From the NCBI GenBank assembly GCA_945834475.1, contig CAMAHK010000002.1, positions 27,642 to 91,641 on the forward strand: 64,000 nucleotides of DNA, read 5' to 3'. The notes below the pieces were generated by a model, which was not told where the DNA came from, made no database searches, and saw nothing but the letters and a program-made list of their open reading frames with translations. Positions 40,301 through 48,117 of this stretch are shown here, piece by piece. Position 1 is the first letter of the stretch. The number at the start of each line of letters is the position of its first letter. Position numbers and translations under genes: made by a program. Source of the stretch: an uncultured Verrucomicrobiota bacterium. Lineage in GTDB: Bacteria; Verrucomicrobiota; Kiritimatiellia; RFP12; UBA1067.

Positions 40301-41638
40301 GGAGCCACGTCCGGGACCAACCCACACGCCACACTCCTCGCGTGCCGCTCGGATGTAGTCGCGCACGATGAGGAAGTACCCAGGAAAGCCCATCAGCTTG
40401 ATCGTATCAAGCTCGAACTGAACACGCTCGCGGATCGCCTCGGGGATGACAATCTCCTCTTCCCCTTGACCTTCCCCCTTGACCTTCTTCTCTCCCCACC
40501 TGACTTTCGCGCCCTCCCAGACGAGATGCTCGAGATAGTCCGCCTCGAACTTGATGCGGAGCACCTTCTCGTAGCCGCCGAGACGGTCGAAGTTGTTCGG
40601 CTTCTGGACGTTAAACTCCTGTTTCAGCTTCTCCTCATCGAAGGTCTTCGCATAACCCTCTTCCGTGCCAAACTCGACTGGAATCGCGAACTTCGGCATG
40701 ATCGGCGGCGAGTCGAGCTCGTATTCCTCGACACGGTCGGCGACTTCCTTTGTGTTCGTGATGAGCTCGGGATTCTCCGCGAAGAGCGCGCGCATCTCCT
40801 CTTCGGTCTTCAGGTACTCCTGTCCCGTGTAGACCATGCGCTTGGCATCCGTCATCTTGCGTCCCGTCGAAAGCGCGAGGAGAACGTCGTGCGAGTCGTC
40901 ATCTTCGGCATTGAGGAAGTGGACGTCATTCGTCGCGATGACGCGGATGTCGAGCTTCTTACCGAGTTCGAGCATCGCCTTGACGACCTTGACCTGACGG
41001 TCGTAAAGGTCGATAAAATCCTTCTGCACCATCGCGACGCCTTCGGGCGGCATCGCGTCGACCGTCTTCTGCGCCTTGTGGAGCATGACCTCGAGCGAGT
41101 AGTTCTCGCCGAAGAGGTCCTTGTACCACTTCGCGACGCGCTCGGCCTCGGCCATGTTCCCGGTGTCGATCGCGTGCGCGACCTCGCCCGCAATGCACGC
41201 CGAGGAGACGTGCAGACCCTCGTGATACTTCTCGAGGAGCTTGTGGTCGATTCGCGGACGCGTGTAGAAGCCGTTGATGTGGGCTTCGGACATGATCCTC
41301 ACGAGGTTATGATAGCCCGTGAGGTTCATCGCGTGCAGGCAGAGGTGATGACGGTACTCGTTCTTGTCGCGAGAGAGCATGTCGCCCGTCGAAGTCACGT
41401 ACGCCTCGCAGCCGAGGATCGGCTTCACATGAACGCCCGCGAGATCGCCGTACGTCTTCTCCTTCTTCGACCGGCACTCGTCGTAGAAGCACTTGAGCGC
41501 GAAGAGATTGCCGTGGTCGGTGACCGCAAGAGCTGGCATGCCAAGCTTGCGCGCCTTCTTGATGAGCGGCACGATCTGGCACTGTCCGTCCAGAAGCGAA
41601 TAGGTCGTATGAAGATGAAGATGGACGAAATCAGACAT
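37334..41638 (-). CDS. dnaE: DNA polymerase III alpha subunit
   Basis: PHP N-terminus HLHLHTTYSLLDG, palm, fingers and OB domains. Carries three in-frame low-complexity tandem insertions. Confidence 0.9.
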   Translation of the reverse strand: MSDFVHLHLHTTYSLLDGQCQIVPLIKKARKLGMPALAVTDHGNLFALKCFYDECRSKKEKTYGDLAGVHVKPILGCEAYVTSTGDMLSRDKNEYRHHLCLHAMNLTGYHNLVRIMSEAHINGFYTRPRIDHKLLEKYHEGLHVSSACIAGEVAHAIDTGNMAEAERVAKWYKDLFGENYSLEVMLHKAQKTVDAMPPEGVAMVQKDFIDLYDRQVKVVKAMLELGKKLDIRVIATNDVHFLNAEDDDSHDVLLALSTGRKMTDAKRMVYTGQEYLKTEEEMRALFAENPELITNTKEVADRVEEYELDSPPIMPKFAIPVEFGTEEGYAKTFDEEKLKQEFNVQKPNNFDRLGGYEKVLRIKFEADYLEHLVWEGAKVRWGEKKVKGEGQGEEEIVIPEAIRERVQFELDTIKLMGFPGYFLIVRDYIRAAREECGVWVGPGRGSAAGSAVAYALWITNVDPIKYDLLFERFLNPDRISMPDIDVDFDDAGRERVLDYVTRQYGADHVAHIVTFGQMAAKSAIKDVGRVMDYPLAATNKLASYVPEVPKINFKKARAASPDLDAAFNSDDPVVHKLMERAGRLEGCIRQPGVHACGVIISRDPIAETLPVMPTPEKGGAGKKVKGEGEGVPKQEKLLTTQYDGHFVEPVGLLKMDFLGLKTLSVEKECVALLGKDNPRVPEFLRGPDGFLNPDNIPDDDVETYELFGRGETTGLFQFESAGMKKYLMALQPEKLTDLVAMNALYRPGPMAYIPDFIDRKQGRKPVVYDHPEMESRLKDTYGITVYQEQVMLLSRDLAGFTRGESDKLRKAMGKKLMDIMAELKAKFIKGCLANPKFRIGELTDEGKATALIEKIWKDWEAFASYAFNKSHSVCYAWVAYQTGYLKAHYPAEFMCAQISSEIGNFDKLPGFVAEAQAINLELKLPDVNESGARFVPTPDAKGIRYGLGGIKGVGSAAAEAIVAEREANGPYTGFLDFCMRLAGSNVVNKRVLENLTRVGAFSTIEPNRAKLYNNIEFALKKAQGRAKENASVQANFFDMLADGGKETYSDAELVDTPPFSPAEDLKNERDLCGVYISGNPLSPCRKLIAEGSIAVIRTRAPGAKEDTIETLPFTLDMIAKKKEEEEEVEVEGGEEEVEVEGGGGDSEDEDASEAEAAVKLSPIEEMLMKGKDDEWQLKGLARNIVRAKGEVSWSDKVAFDKAVNAEKAKLKKRFEKKELSPFLLKRLEVRVIAQLASCSIKIPKPRPDGSVGEKWAILGLDDGTGFGEAMCFGKPWKQFNGEQGTIEHELEQLVVVCGEVTYRTTYANDDPQKLNPQLGDLSFSAKEVYPLATALPLISKGLRFKMRYEDPEIKAKVNAVRDSILRSPGNFPVLVELHYPNGRILDVDLGPGFRLNPTLSFLSEFEKIVPQTDLSFRPDERVSLAPREPKPWEM
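38213..38270. repeat. 27-bp tandem duplication encoding an acidic (E/V/G) tract in frame in dnaE
   Basis: Unit CTCCACCTTCGACCTCAACCTCTTCCT occurs twice. The minus-strand translation is EEEVEVEGGEEEVEVEGG. Confidence 0.65.
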
Positions 41639-41659
41639 GACACACCCAAGACACATGCC

Positions 41660-43030
41660 TTACACCGGTACGCCGATCAGAATCTGCGGATGGGCCTCAG
41701 TAATCTTGAGACTGACAAAATCGCCAATCGCCAAGTCACCAGTTTCCTTCACCCATTCTCCATTTTCTCCGACGTCCCACACGATAATGCGGTTGCCGGA
41801 GTCGCGCCCCGACCAACGCTTCGGATTGCGCTTTGAAGGCCCCTCGACCAGCACCTCGCGTACTGTGCCGACGAGCGCCTCGTTTCGCCGCTGGCCGCGC
41901 GATTCCTGATCGGCGAGAAGCACCTGGTCGCGGCGCTCCTTCTCGGCCGTCGTCACGTCGTCCGTGAGCGCCGCCGAGCGCGTACCGGGACGCGGCGAGT
42001 ACTTAAAGACGAACGAGTTGTCGAAGCCCGCCTCTTCCATCAGCGTGCGCGTCTCCTCAAAGTCGGCCTCCGTCTCGCCCGGATACCCGACGATCACGTC
42101 AGTCGTCACGGCGAACTCGGGATCGAAGTCTCGGAGCTTCTTCACCGCCGCGAGATACTCCGCGCGCGTGTAGTGACGCCCCATCTCCGCGAGGACGCGG
42201 TCCGAGCCGGACTGCACGGGCAGGTGCAGGTGGCGGCAGACCTTCGGACACTCCCGGTAGACGCGCACGAGTTCGTCAGTGCACCCCTTCGGATGCGCCG
42301 AGGTGAAGCGGATGCGTTCGATGCCCGGAATCTGGTTGAGTTCCCACAACAGTCTCGGAAACGCCTCGGTGAGTCCACTCGCGTTCGGCTCTCCCGGCTC
42401 CCACGCCTTGTTGCGGATGCCGTAGCGAAGAACGCTCTGTCCGAGGAGACAGACTTCCTTCACGCCGCGCGCGGCAAGGCACTTCACCTCGGCGATCACT
42501 TCCTTCGCGGGACGCGAATATTCGTGTCCGCGCACCTCGGGGACGATGCAGTAGCTGCAGCGGTTGTCACAGCCGAGCAACACCGTCACATAGCTCTGGA
42601 ACATTCCGCTCGTGCCGCCGCGCTGAACGTCGGGATGCGCGTCCATTCCCGTCGGCACCTCGTCGTCGCCGACCTCAAGAATCCCCTTCTCGCCCGCCGC
42701 GATTCGGTTGAGAAGATGCGGAATGAGGCCGAAACGCCGCGGCCCGACAGCAAAGTCAAGCTTCGGCAGGCGTTTGAAGACATCCGCACCCATCCGCTTC
42801 ACCGCGCATCCCATGAGCCCCGTGATTTTTCCGGCGGCGATCATGTTGCCGGCCTTGCCGACGGCCTTCTCCTCGGCCTTCTGGCGCACCGTACAGCTGT
42901 TAATGATGATGAGTTCCGCGTCGGCTTCGTCGGCGGCCTTGACGTGTCCCGCGGCCACCAGAAGCGCCTCGACCGCTTCCGAGTCGCGGACGTTCATCTG
43001 GCAGCCGTACGTGTGAATATGGAACCGCAT
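41660..43030 (-). CDS. miaB: tRNA-i6A37 methylthiotransferase
   Basis: MRFHIHTYGCQMN start, radical-SAM CxxxCxxC and a C-terminal TRAM domain. The ATG at 43030 overlaps the maeB stop (ATGA). The 263-aa ORF-track N-terminal extension was rejected. Confidence 0.85.
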   Translation of the reverse strand: MRFHIHTYGCQMNVRDSEAVEALLVAAGHVKAADEADAELIIINSCTVRQKAEEKAVGKAGNMIAAGKITGLMGCAVKRMGADVFKRLPKLDFAVGPRRFGLIPHLLNRIAAGEKGILEVGDDEVPTGMDAHPDVQRGGTSGMFQSYVTVLLGCDNRCSYCIVPEVRGHEYSRPAKEVIAEVKCLAARGVKEVCLLGQSVLRYGIRNKAWEPGEPNASGLTEAFPRLLWELNQIPGIERIRFTSAHPKGCTDELVRVYRECPKVCRHLHLPVQSGSDRVLAEMGRHYTRAEYLAAVKKLRDFDPEFAVTTDVIVGYPGETEADFEETRTLMEEAGFDNSFVFKYSPRPGTRSAALTDDVTTAEKERRDQVLLADQESRGQRRNEALVGTVREVLVEGPSKRNPKRWSGRDSGNRIIVWDVGENGEWVKETGDLAIGDFVSLKITEAHPQILIGVPV

Positions 43031-44325
43031 CAGCGCGTCGCGTTGCGGCGTTCGAGATCGGCCTTGTAGGCGGCGAGATCGGCGGGCGGACACTTCGCGA
43101 CGCCCGTCTTCACGGCCGCTTCGGCGACCGCGTAGGAAACCTCGACGAAGAGACGGCGGTCGAAGGCCTTCGGGATGATGTAGTCCGTGCCGAAGACGAG
43201 CTTCTCGTTCGGATAGAGCGCCTGCACTTCCGCCGGCACCGGCTCCTGCGCGAGCTTCGCGAGGGCATTCGCCGCAGCGACTTTCATCTCGGCGTTGATC
43301 GTCGTCGCACGCACGTCGAGCGCGCCGCGGAAGAGATACGGGAAGCCGAGGACGTTGTTGATCTGATTCGGATAGTCCGAGCGTCCCGTCACCATGACGT
43401 ACTTGCGTCCCACCAGAGCCTTCGCGACTTCCGCCGGCTGGATCTCCGGATCGGGATTCGCCATCGCGAACACGGCCGGGAACTCCGCCATCTTCTGGAC
43501 GTCCTCGGCCGTCAGCACGTTCGCCGCGGAAACGCCGATGAAGACGTCCGCCCCAACAATCGCCTCCTTGAGCGTCTGGGCTGTCGTCTCGACCGCGTGC
43601 TTCGCCTTGAAGGGATTGAGGTCGGTGCGGCCTAAGCGGATCGTGCCCTTCGTGTCGCACATCGTCACGTTCACGACACCCGCCGCCTTGAGCATGTCGC
43701 AGATGCGGATGCCCGCGGCACCCGCGCCGTTCATGACGACCTTGAGGTCCTTGAGTTCCTTGCCGGCGAGCTTCGCGAAATTCATGACACCCGAGAGCGA
43801 GATGACGGCCGTGCCCCACTGGTCGTCGTGGAAGACCGGAATGTCAAGCTCACGGTCAAGCGTATCCTCGATCTCAAAGCAGGCGGGCGAGGCAATGTCC
43901 TCAAGGTTGATGCCGCCATACTGCGGGGCGATCATCTTCACCGCCTCGATGACGCGTTTCGGATCGGTCTTGCCTGTCGACTTGCCGTCCATGCGGCAGC
44001 AGTTGACCGGCACCGGCCAGGCGTCCACATCACCGAACGCCTTGAAGAGAACGGCCTTGCCCTCCATCACCGGGATGGACGCCGTCGCGCCGAGATCGCC
44101 GAGGCCAAGAATCGCCGTGCCGTCCGAGACGACCGCGACGAGATTCGGCTTCGCCGTGCAGGCGTAGACGTCGTCGGGATTCGCCGCAATCGCCTTCACG
44201 GCGTGCGCGACACCAGGCGTGTAGGCGAGGCAGAGGTCGTCCTTCGTCTTGAGTTCGTGGGGAAGCTTGACGGCAACCTTGCCGCCCTTGTGATACGCCA
44301 TCACGGAATCTTTATCGTAAGCCAT
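43030..44325 (-). CDS. maeB: NAD(P)-dependent malic enzyme (short form)
   Basis: YTPGVA, GTA(I/V)..AG and GAGAAG motifs. ATG at 44323-44325. Confidence 0.85.
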   Translation of the reverse strand: MAYDKDSVMAYHKGGKVAVKLPHELKTKDDLCLAYTPGVAHAVKAIAANPDDVYACTAKPNLVAVVSDGTAILGLGDLGATASIPVMEGKAVLFKAFGDVDAWPVPVNCCRMDGKSTGKTDPKRVIEAVKMIAPQYGGINLEDIASPACFEIEDTLDRELDIPVFHDDQWGTAVISLSGVMNFAKLAGKELKDLKVVMNGAGAAGIRICDMLKAAGVVNVTMCDTKGTIRLGRTDLNPFKAKHAVETTAQTLKEAIVGADVFIGVSAANVLTAEDVQKMAEFPAVFAMANPDPEIQPAEVAKALVGRKYVMVTGRSDYPNQINNVLGFPYLFRGALDVRATTINAEMKVAAANALAKLAQEPVPAEVQALYPNEKLVFGTDYIIPKAFDRRLFVEVSYAVAEAAVKTGVAKCPPADLAAYKADLERRNATR

Positions 44326-44451
44326 TTGAATTCGTCTCAATCTGAGGTTTGAAAATGTTTAGGAGTCACTATTATACCACAATCCGCCGCGCCCATGCGT
44401 TTTCCACGTTTGTGCCTGACACAATCGTGGAAAAAGTAATCTCGCGGCGAA

Positions 44452-45453
44452 TTAGCGTATGAGCGTCTTTAGGTACGGGACGGCGTGGGCGAAGAACCGC
44501 TGCCAGCCGACGTCCAGTGTGCCACGGTTGCGGGGACAGTCCGGGAACTGCCGCTTGCGCAGGCCGAAATTCGCGTAGACCGGCGAGTCGAGGAGTTCCT
44601 CCCACGTGTGCGTCATCACGTTGCCGAGCTTCAGCTCGGGTATGACGTGGAAGTCGCACGGATAGACATCGCCGTTGCGCTCGACCACAAGATAGTTGCG
44701 GCAGTCGGACGCGAAATTGCACATCGTCGGCACGCCGCGCACGAGCTGCGAGACGACGGAATCAAAAAGCCGCACACTCACCGTGTGCTCGTCGCCCTCC
44801 TTGCGCCACTCGTCGAAGAGCCGGCAGAGGAACTCACCCCACTGCTCTCCCGTGATCGCATACGGCTTCGGATCCGTGCACTCGATGTACTGGTGCCACT
44901 TGCACCCGAGCTCGTCGCGGATGTAATGGTACAGCGCCTCCGGCTCATGCACGTTCTCGGCCGTAATGAGCTGGAGCACGTTGACCGGCGTCCCGGCGGC
45001 GACCAGCGTGCGGTACCCGGCAAGGCCGGACTCCGTATCGCGGTGCGTCTCGCCCGCGGCACTCTCCAAGCCGCCTTTACCCGCTGCGGGCGAGACGCAC
45101 CGCGGTACGGAGCGCCGCCAGTGCGGACTCACACCAACGAGCCAGTCCTTTTCCGCGAAAAACGCCGCCAGTGACTCCGTCACCAGCGTCGCGTTGGTCT
45201 GCACGGAGAAGTCGATGCCGTCGCCCAGCTTGGCCGCACGACGGAAGAAGCGCTCGCCCATGATAAGCGGCTCGCCGCCCTGGAAGGCGACGGTGTGCTG
45301 CGCAATCGGCAGCGCCCGGTAGGAGGTCAGCATCCGCTCCAGCACCGCGTCGGACATCGGCGCGACCTCACCGTGTCCTCGGTAGAAGCAGTAGGGACAC
45401 GCGAGATTGCAGGCCGAACCCGCGGGCTTGACGAGGAGCGAGAACTCGCGCAT
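44452..45453 (-). CDS. Radical-SAM/SPASM maturase (anaerobic sulfatase-maturating-enzyme-like)
   Basis: CNLACPYC cluster near the N-terminus and a Cys-rich SPASM region. Contains an 76-bp inverted-pair repeat in frame. Confidence 0.6.
   Translation of the reverse strand: MREFSLLVKPAGSACNLACPYCFYRGHGEVAPMSDAVLERMLTSYRALPIAQHTVAFQGGEPLIMGERFFRRAAKLGDGIDFSVQTNATLVTESLAAFFAEKDWLVGVSPHWRRSVPRCVSPAAGKGGLESAAGETHRDTESGLAGYRTLVAAGTPVNVLQLITAENVHEPEALYHYIRDELGCKWHQYIECTDPKPYAITGEQWGEFLCRLFDEWRKEGDEHTVSVRLFDSVVSQLVRGVPTMCNFASDCRNYLVVERNGDVYPCDFHVIPELKLGNVMTHTWEELLDSPVYANFGLRKRQFPDCPRNRGTLDVGWQRFFAHAVPYLKTLIR
45034..45109. repeat. Family-A composite: two inverted copies with 22-bp spacer, in frame in the anSME-like gene
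   Basis: CGTATCGCGGTGCGTCTCGCCCGCGGC ... GCTGCGGGCGAGACGCACCGCGGTACG. The terminal inverted repeats read CTCCGTA(c/t)CGCGG. Confidence 0.75.
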
Positions 45454-45457
45454 CGCG

Positions 45458-47113
45458 TCAGGCCAGGCCGTTCTGCGCGGCAATGAGATTGTCGGCGCCG
45501 TAGATCTTGCGGAGCTTCGGCTTTTCGATCTTGCCGGTCGGGTTGCGCGGCACCTCCGCGAAGATGACCGTCTTCGGACGCTTGTAGCGCGGCAAGTCGG
45601 TGCAGAACGCGTTGACCTCGTCCTCCGTGAGCGTCATCCCGTCTTTCACTGAGATGATCGCCGCGGTGCGCTCGCCGAGACGCGCGTCGGGAAGGCCGAT
45701 GACCGCGACGTCCTTCACCGCGGGATGCGCCCGCAGGAAGTCCTCGATCTGCACGGGATAGATGTTCTCACCGCCCGAGATGATGACGTCCTTCGCGCGG
45801 TCGACGAGATAGATGAACCCGTCGCGCTCCTCGGCCATGTCGCCTGTCAGGAGCCAGCCGCCTTCCTTCAAAATCGCCTGGGTCGCCTCGTGATTGTGAT
45901 AGTACTCCTTCATCACGCCGGGGCCCTTGATCGCGAGCTCGCCGACCTCGCCCTTCGCGACCGGCGTCACGCCGTCCGGTCCGACGATCTTCGCCTCCCA
46001 GCCGAAGCCAGGAACGCCGATCGCGCCGACGTGGTCCGTGTTCTCGATGCCGAGATGCACCGCGCCCGGACCCGTCGACTCGGAAAGTCCGTAGTTCGTG
46101 TCGTAGTCATGATGCGGAAAGACCGACTTCCAGCGCTTGATCAACGCCGGCGGCACCGGCTGCGCGCCGATGTGCATGAGCCGCCACTGCGCGAGACGGT
46201 ACTCGTCGAGGCGAATCTCGCCGCGGTCGATCGCGTCCAGGATGTCCTGCGCCCATGGAACGAGCAGCCACACGATCGTGCATTTCTCCTCGCTCACGCA
46301 ACGGATAACCCACTCGGGCTTGACGCCCTTCAAGAGCACCGCCTTGCCGCCGACGAGGAAACTGCCGAACCAGTGCATCTTCGCGCCCGTATGATAGAGC
46401 GGCGGGATGCAGAGGAAGACGTCGTCCTTCGTCTGGCCGTGATGCGCCTGCTCGACGCGGCAACTGTGGAGAAGCGCCTTGTGCTGCAGGACGATCGCCT
46501 TCGGAAAACCCGTCGTGCCCGACGAGAAATAAATCGCCGCGTCGTCCTCTGGCTTGTGATGAAAACCCGGATCGGCGGAGGCGGCATAGCGGACGAGGCG
46601 GAAGTAATTCTCCGCGAAGATCGGACAGTCCGTGCCGACGTAGAGCCGCGTCTTCACACGCGGGATGTGGTCGGCGATCTGCTCCATGCGGCCCGTGAAC
46701 TCGGGACCGAACACGATGACGTCGGCGTCGGCGAGTTCGAGACAGTACTTGATCTCGTCCGCCGTGTAACGGAAGTTGAGCGGCACCGCGAGGCACCCCG
46801 CCTTGAGTGCGCCAAAGTAGATCGGCAGCCACTCGAGGCAATTCATCAGTAGGATCGCGACCTTGTCGCCCTTCGTGTAGCCGCGGCTCAGAAGAAAGTT
46901 CGCGAATCGGTTCGCACGGTCGTTGAAGTCGCCCCACGTGATCTCGCTGCGGAACTTGTCCGTCGCCGAACTCACGATCAGCGAGGCCTCGCGCCAGGTC
47001 GCCCTCGCGCCCTCGAGTTCCTGCGGATTGATCTCGACCAGAGCGACGTCGTTCGCCCATTCGTGCGCATTGCGCTCAAGGATCTCGGTGATGTTGTCGA
47101 AGTTCGCGTTCAT
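45458..47113 (-). CDS. AMP-dependent acyl-CoA synthetase/ligase
   Basis: AMP-binding motif SSGTTGFPKA and C-terminal GKIEKPKLR. Confidence 0.75.
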   Translation of the reverse strand: MNANFDNITEILERNAHEWANDVALVEINPQELEGARATWREASLIVSSATDKFRSEITWGDFNDRANRFANFLLSRGYTKGDKVAILLMNCLEWLPIYFGALKAGCLAVPLNFRYTADEIKYCLELADADVIVFGPEFTGRMEQIADHIPRVKTRLYVGTDCPIFAENYFRLVRYAASADPGFHHKPEDDAAIYFSSGTTGFPKAIVLQHKALLHSCRVEQAHHGQTKDDVFLCIPPLYHTGAKMHWFGSFLVGGKAVLLKGVKPEWVIRCVSEEKCTIVWLLVPWAQDILDAIDRGEIRLDEYRLAQWRLMHIGAQPVPPALIKRWKSVFPHHDYDTNYGLSESTGPGAVHLGIENTDHVGAIGVPGFGWEAKIVGPDGVTPVAKGEVGELAIKGPGVMKEYYHNHEATQAILKEGGWLLTGDMAEERDGFIYLVDRAKDVIISGGENIYPVQIEDFLRAHPAVKDVAVIGLPDARLGERTAAIISVKDGMTLTEDEVNAFCTDLPRYKRPKTVIFAEVPRNPTGKIEKPKLRKIYGADNLIAAQNGLA

Positions 47114-47131
47114 CGCTCCCGCCCCGTTCTT

Positions 47132-48085
47132 TTAGATGCCGACGGCCTTGCGGACCTTCTCCATCGTCTTCGCCGCGGACCAGCGGGCCTTCTTCGCGCC
47201 GTCCTGGAGAATGTCCTCGAGCGACTTCGGGTCCTTCGCGAGCTGGTCGCGCTTTTCCTTGAAGGGATCGAAGAGACGGTGATAGGCGTTCAGGAGCTCC
47301 TTCTTCGCCGAGCCGTAGCCATAGCCGCCCGCTCGGAAGTTCGCCGCCATCTGGGCGACCTCCTCCGGCGTCGCGAAGAGCTTGTAGAGCTCGTAGACGG
47401 AATTCCCCTCCGGCTCCTTCGGCTCTTCCATCGGCGTCGAATCGGTTTGGATGCCCATCACCTTCTTCTTCGCGGAGACGTCGAAGAGCTCGATCGTGTT
47501 GTGATAGCTCTTGGACATCTTCTGGCCGTCGGTTCCGGGGATCGTCGCGACCGTCTCGGGAATGTACGCGTCGGGCAGCTTGAAGATCTCGCCGTAGGCG
47601 TTGTTGAACTTCTGCGCCAGGTCGCGCGTCACCTCGAGGTGCTGCTTCTGGTCCTTGCCGACGGGGACAAGGTCCGCGTTCATGATGAGGATGTCGGCCG
47701 CCATCAGAACGGGATACGCGAACAGCCCGTGCGTCGCCTCGAAGCCGTGCGCCATCTTGTCCTTGTAGCTGTGGCAGCGTTCGAGGAGGCCCATTGGCGT
47801 CAGGCACGAGAGATACCACGCGAGTTCCTGAACCTCCGGCACGTCGCTCTGCCGGTACATGATCGTCTTCTCGGGATCGAGTCCGCACGCGAGATAGTCG
47901 AGCGCAACTTCGCGCGTCGCCTCCCGAAGCGCCTTGCCGTCACGGACGGTCGTCATGGCGTGGTAGTTCGCGATGAACATGAAGTTCTCGCCCTTCTCCT
48001 GAAGGTCGAACATGGACTTCATCGCGCCGAAATAGTTGCCCCAATGGAGCTTGCCCGAGGGCTGGATGCCGGTCAGAATTCTCAT
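47132..48085 (-). CDS. trpS: Tryptophan--tRNA ligase
   Basis: TGIQPSGKLHWGNY (HIGH-like) and KMSKS motifs. A TGCTATAAT box lies 8 nt upstream of the ATG. Confidence 0.9.
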   Translation of the reverse strand: MRILTGIQPSGKLHWGNYFGAMKSMFDLQEKGENFMFIANYHAMTTVRDGKALREATREVALDYLACGLDPEKTIMYRQSDVPEVQELAWYLSCLTPMGLLERCHSYKDKMAHGFEATHGLFAYPVLMAADILIMNADLVPVGKDQKQHLEVTRDLAQKFNNAYGEIFKLPDAYIPETVATIPGTDGQKMSKSYHNTIELFDVSAKKKVMGIQTDSTPMEEPKEPEGNSVYELYKLFATPEEVAQMAANFRAGGYGYGSAKKELLNAYHRLFDPFKEKRDQLAKDPKSLEDILQDGAKKARWSAAKTMEKVRKAVGI

Positions 48086-48093
48086 AGTTCAAT

Positions 48094-48102
48094 ATTATAG
48101 CA
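48094..48102 (-). promoter_or_regulatory. TGCTATAAT extended -10 eight nt upstream of the trpS ATG
   Basis: On the minus strand, TGCTATAATattgaactATG. Confidence 0.45.
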
Positions 48103-48117
48103 CAATATAACGAAAAA

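Noticed and set aside
37334-41638. Possible intein or large domain insertion explaining the extra length of DnaE.
   Set aside because: No intein splice motifs (Cys/Ser...His-Asn) were seen. The extra length is accounted for by low-complexity tandem tracts.
43031-43819. 263-aa N-terminal extension of the miaB ORF in the ORF track.
   Set aside because: The extension is low-complexity (R/G/D-rich) and overlaps the maeB coding region in another frame. MiaB homology begins exactly at the internal MRFHIHTYGCQMN, whose ATG overlaps the maeB stop.
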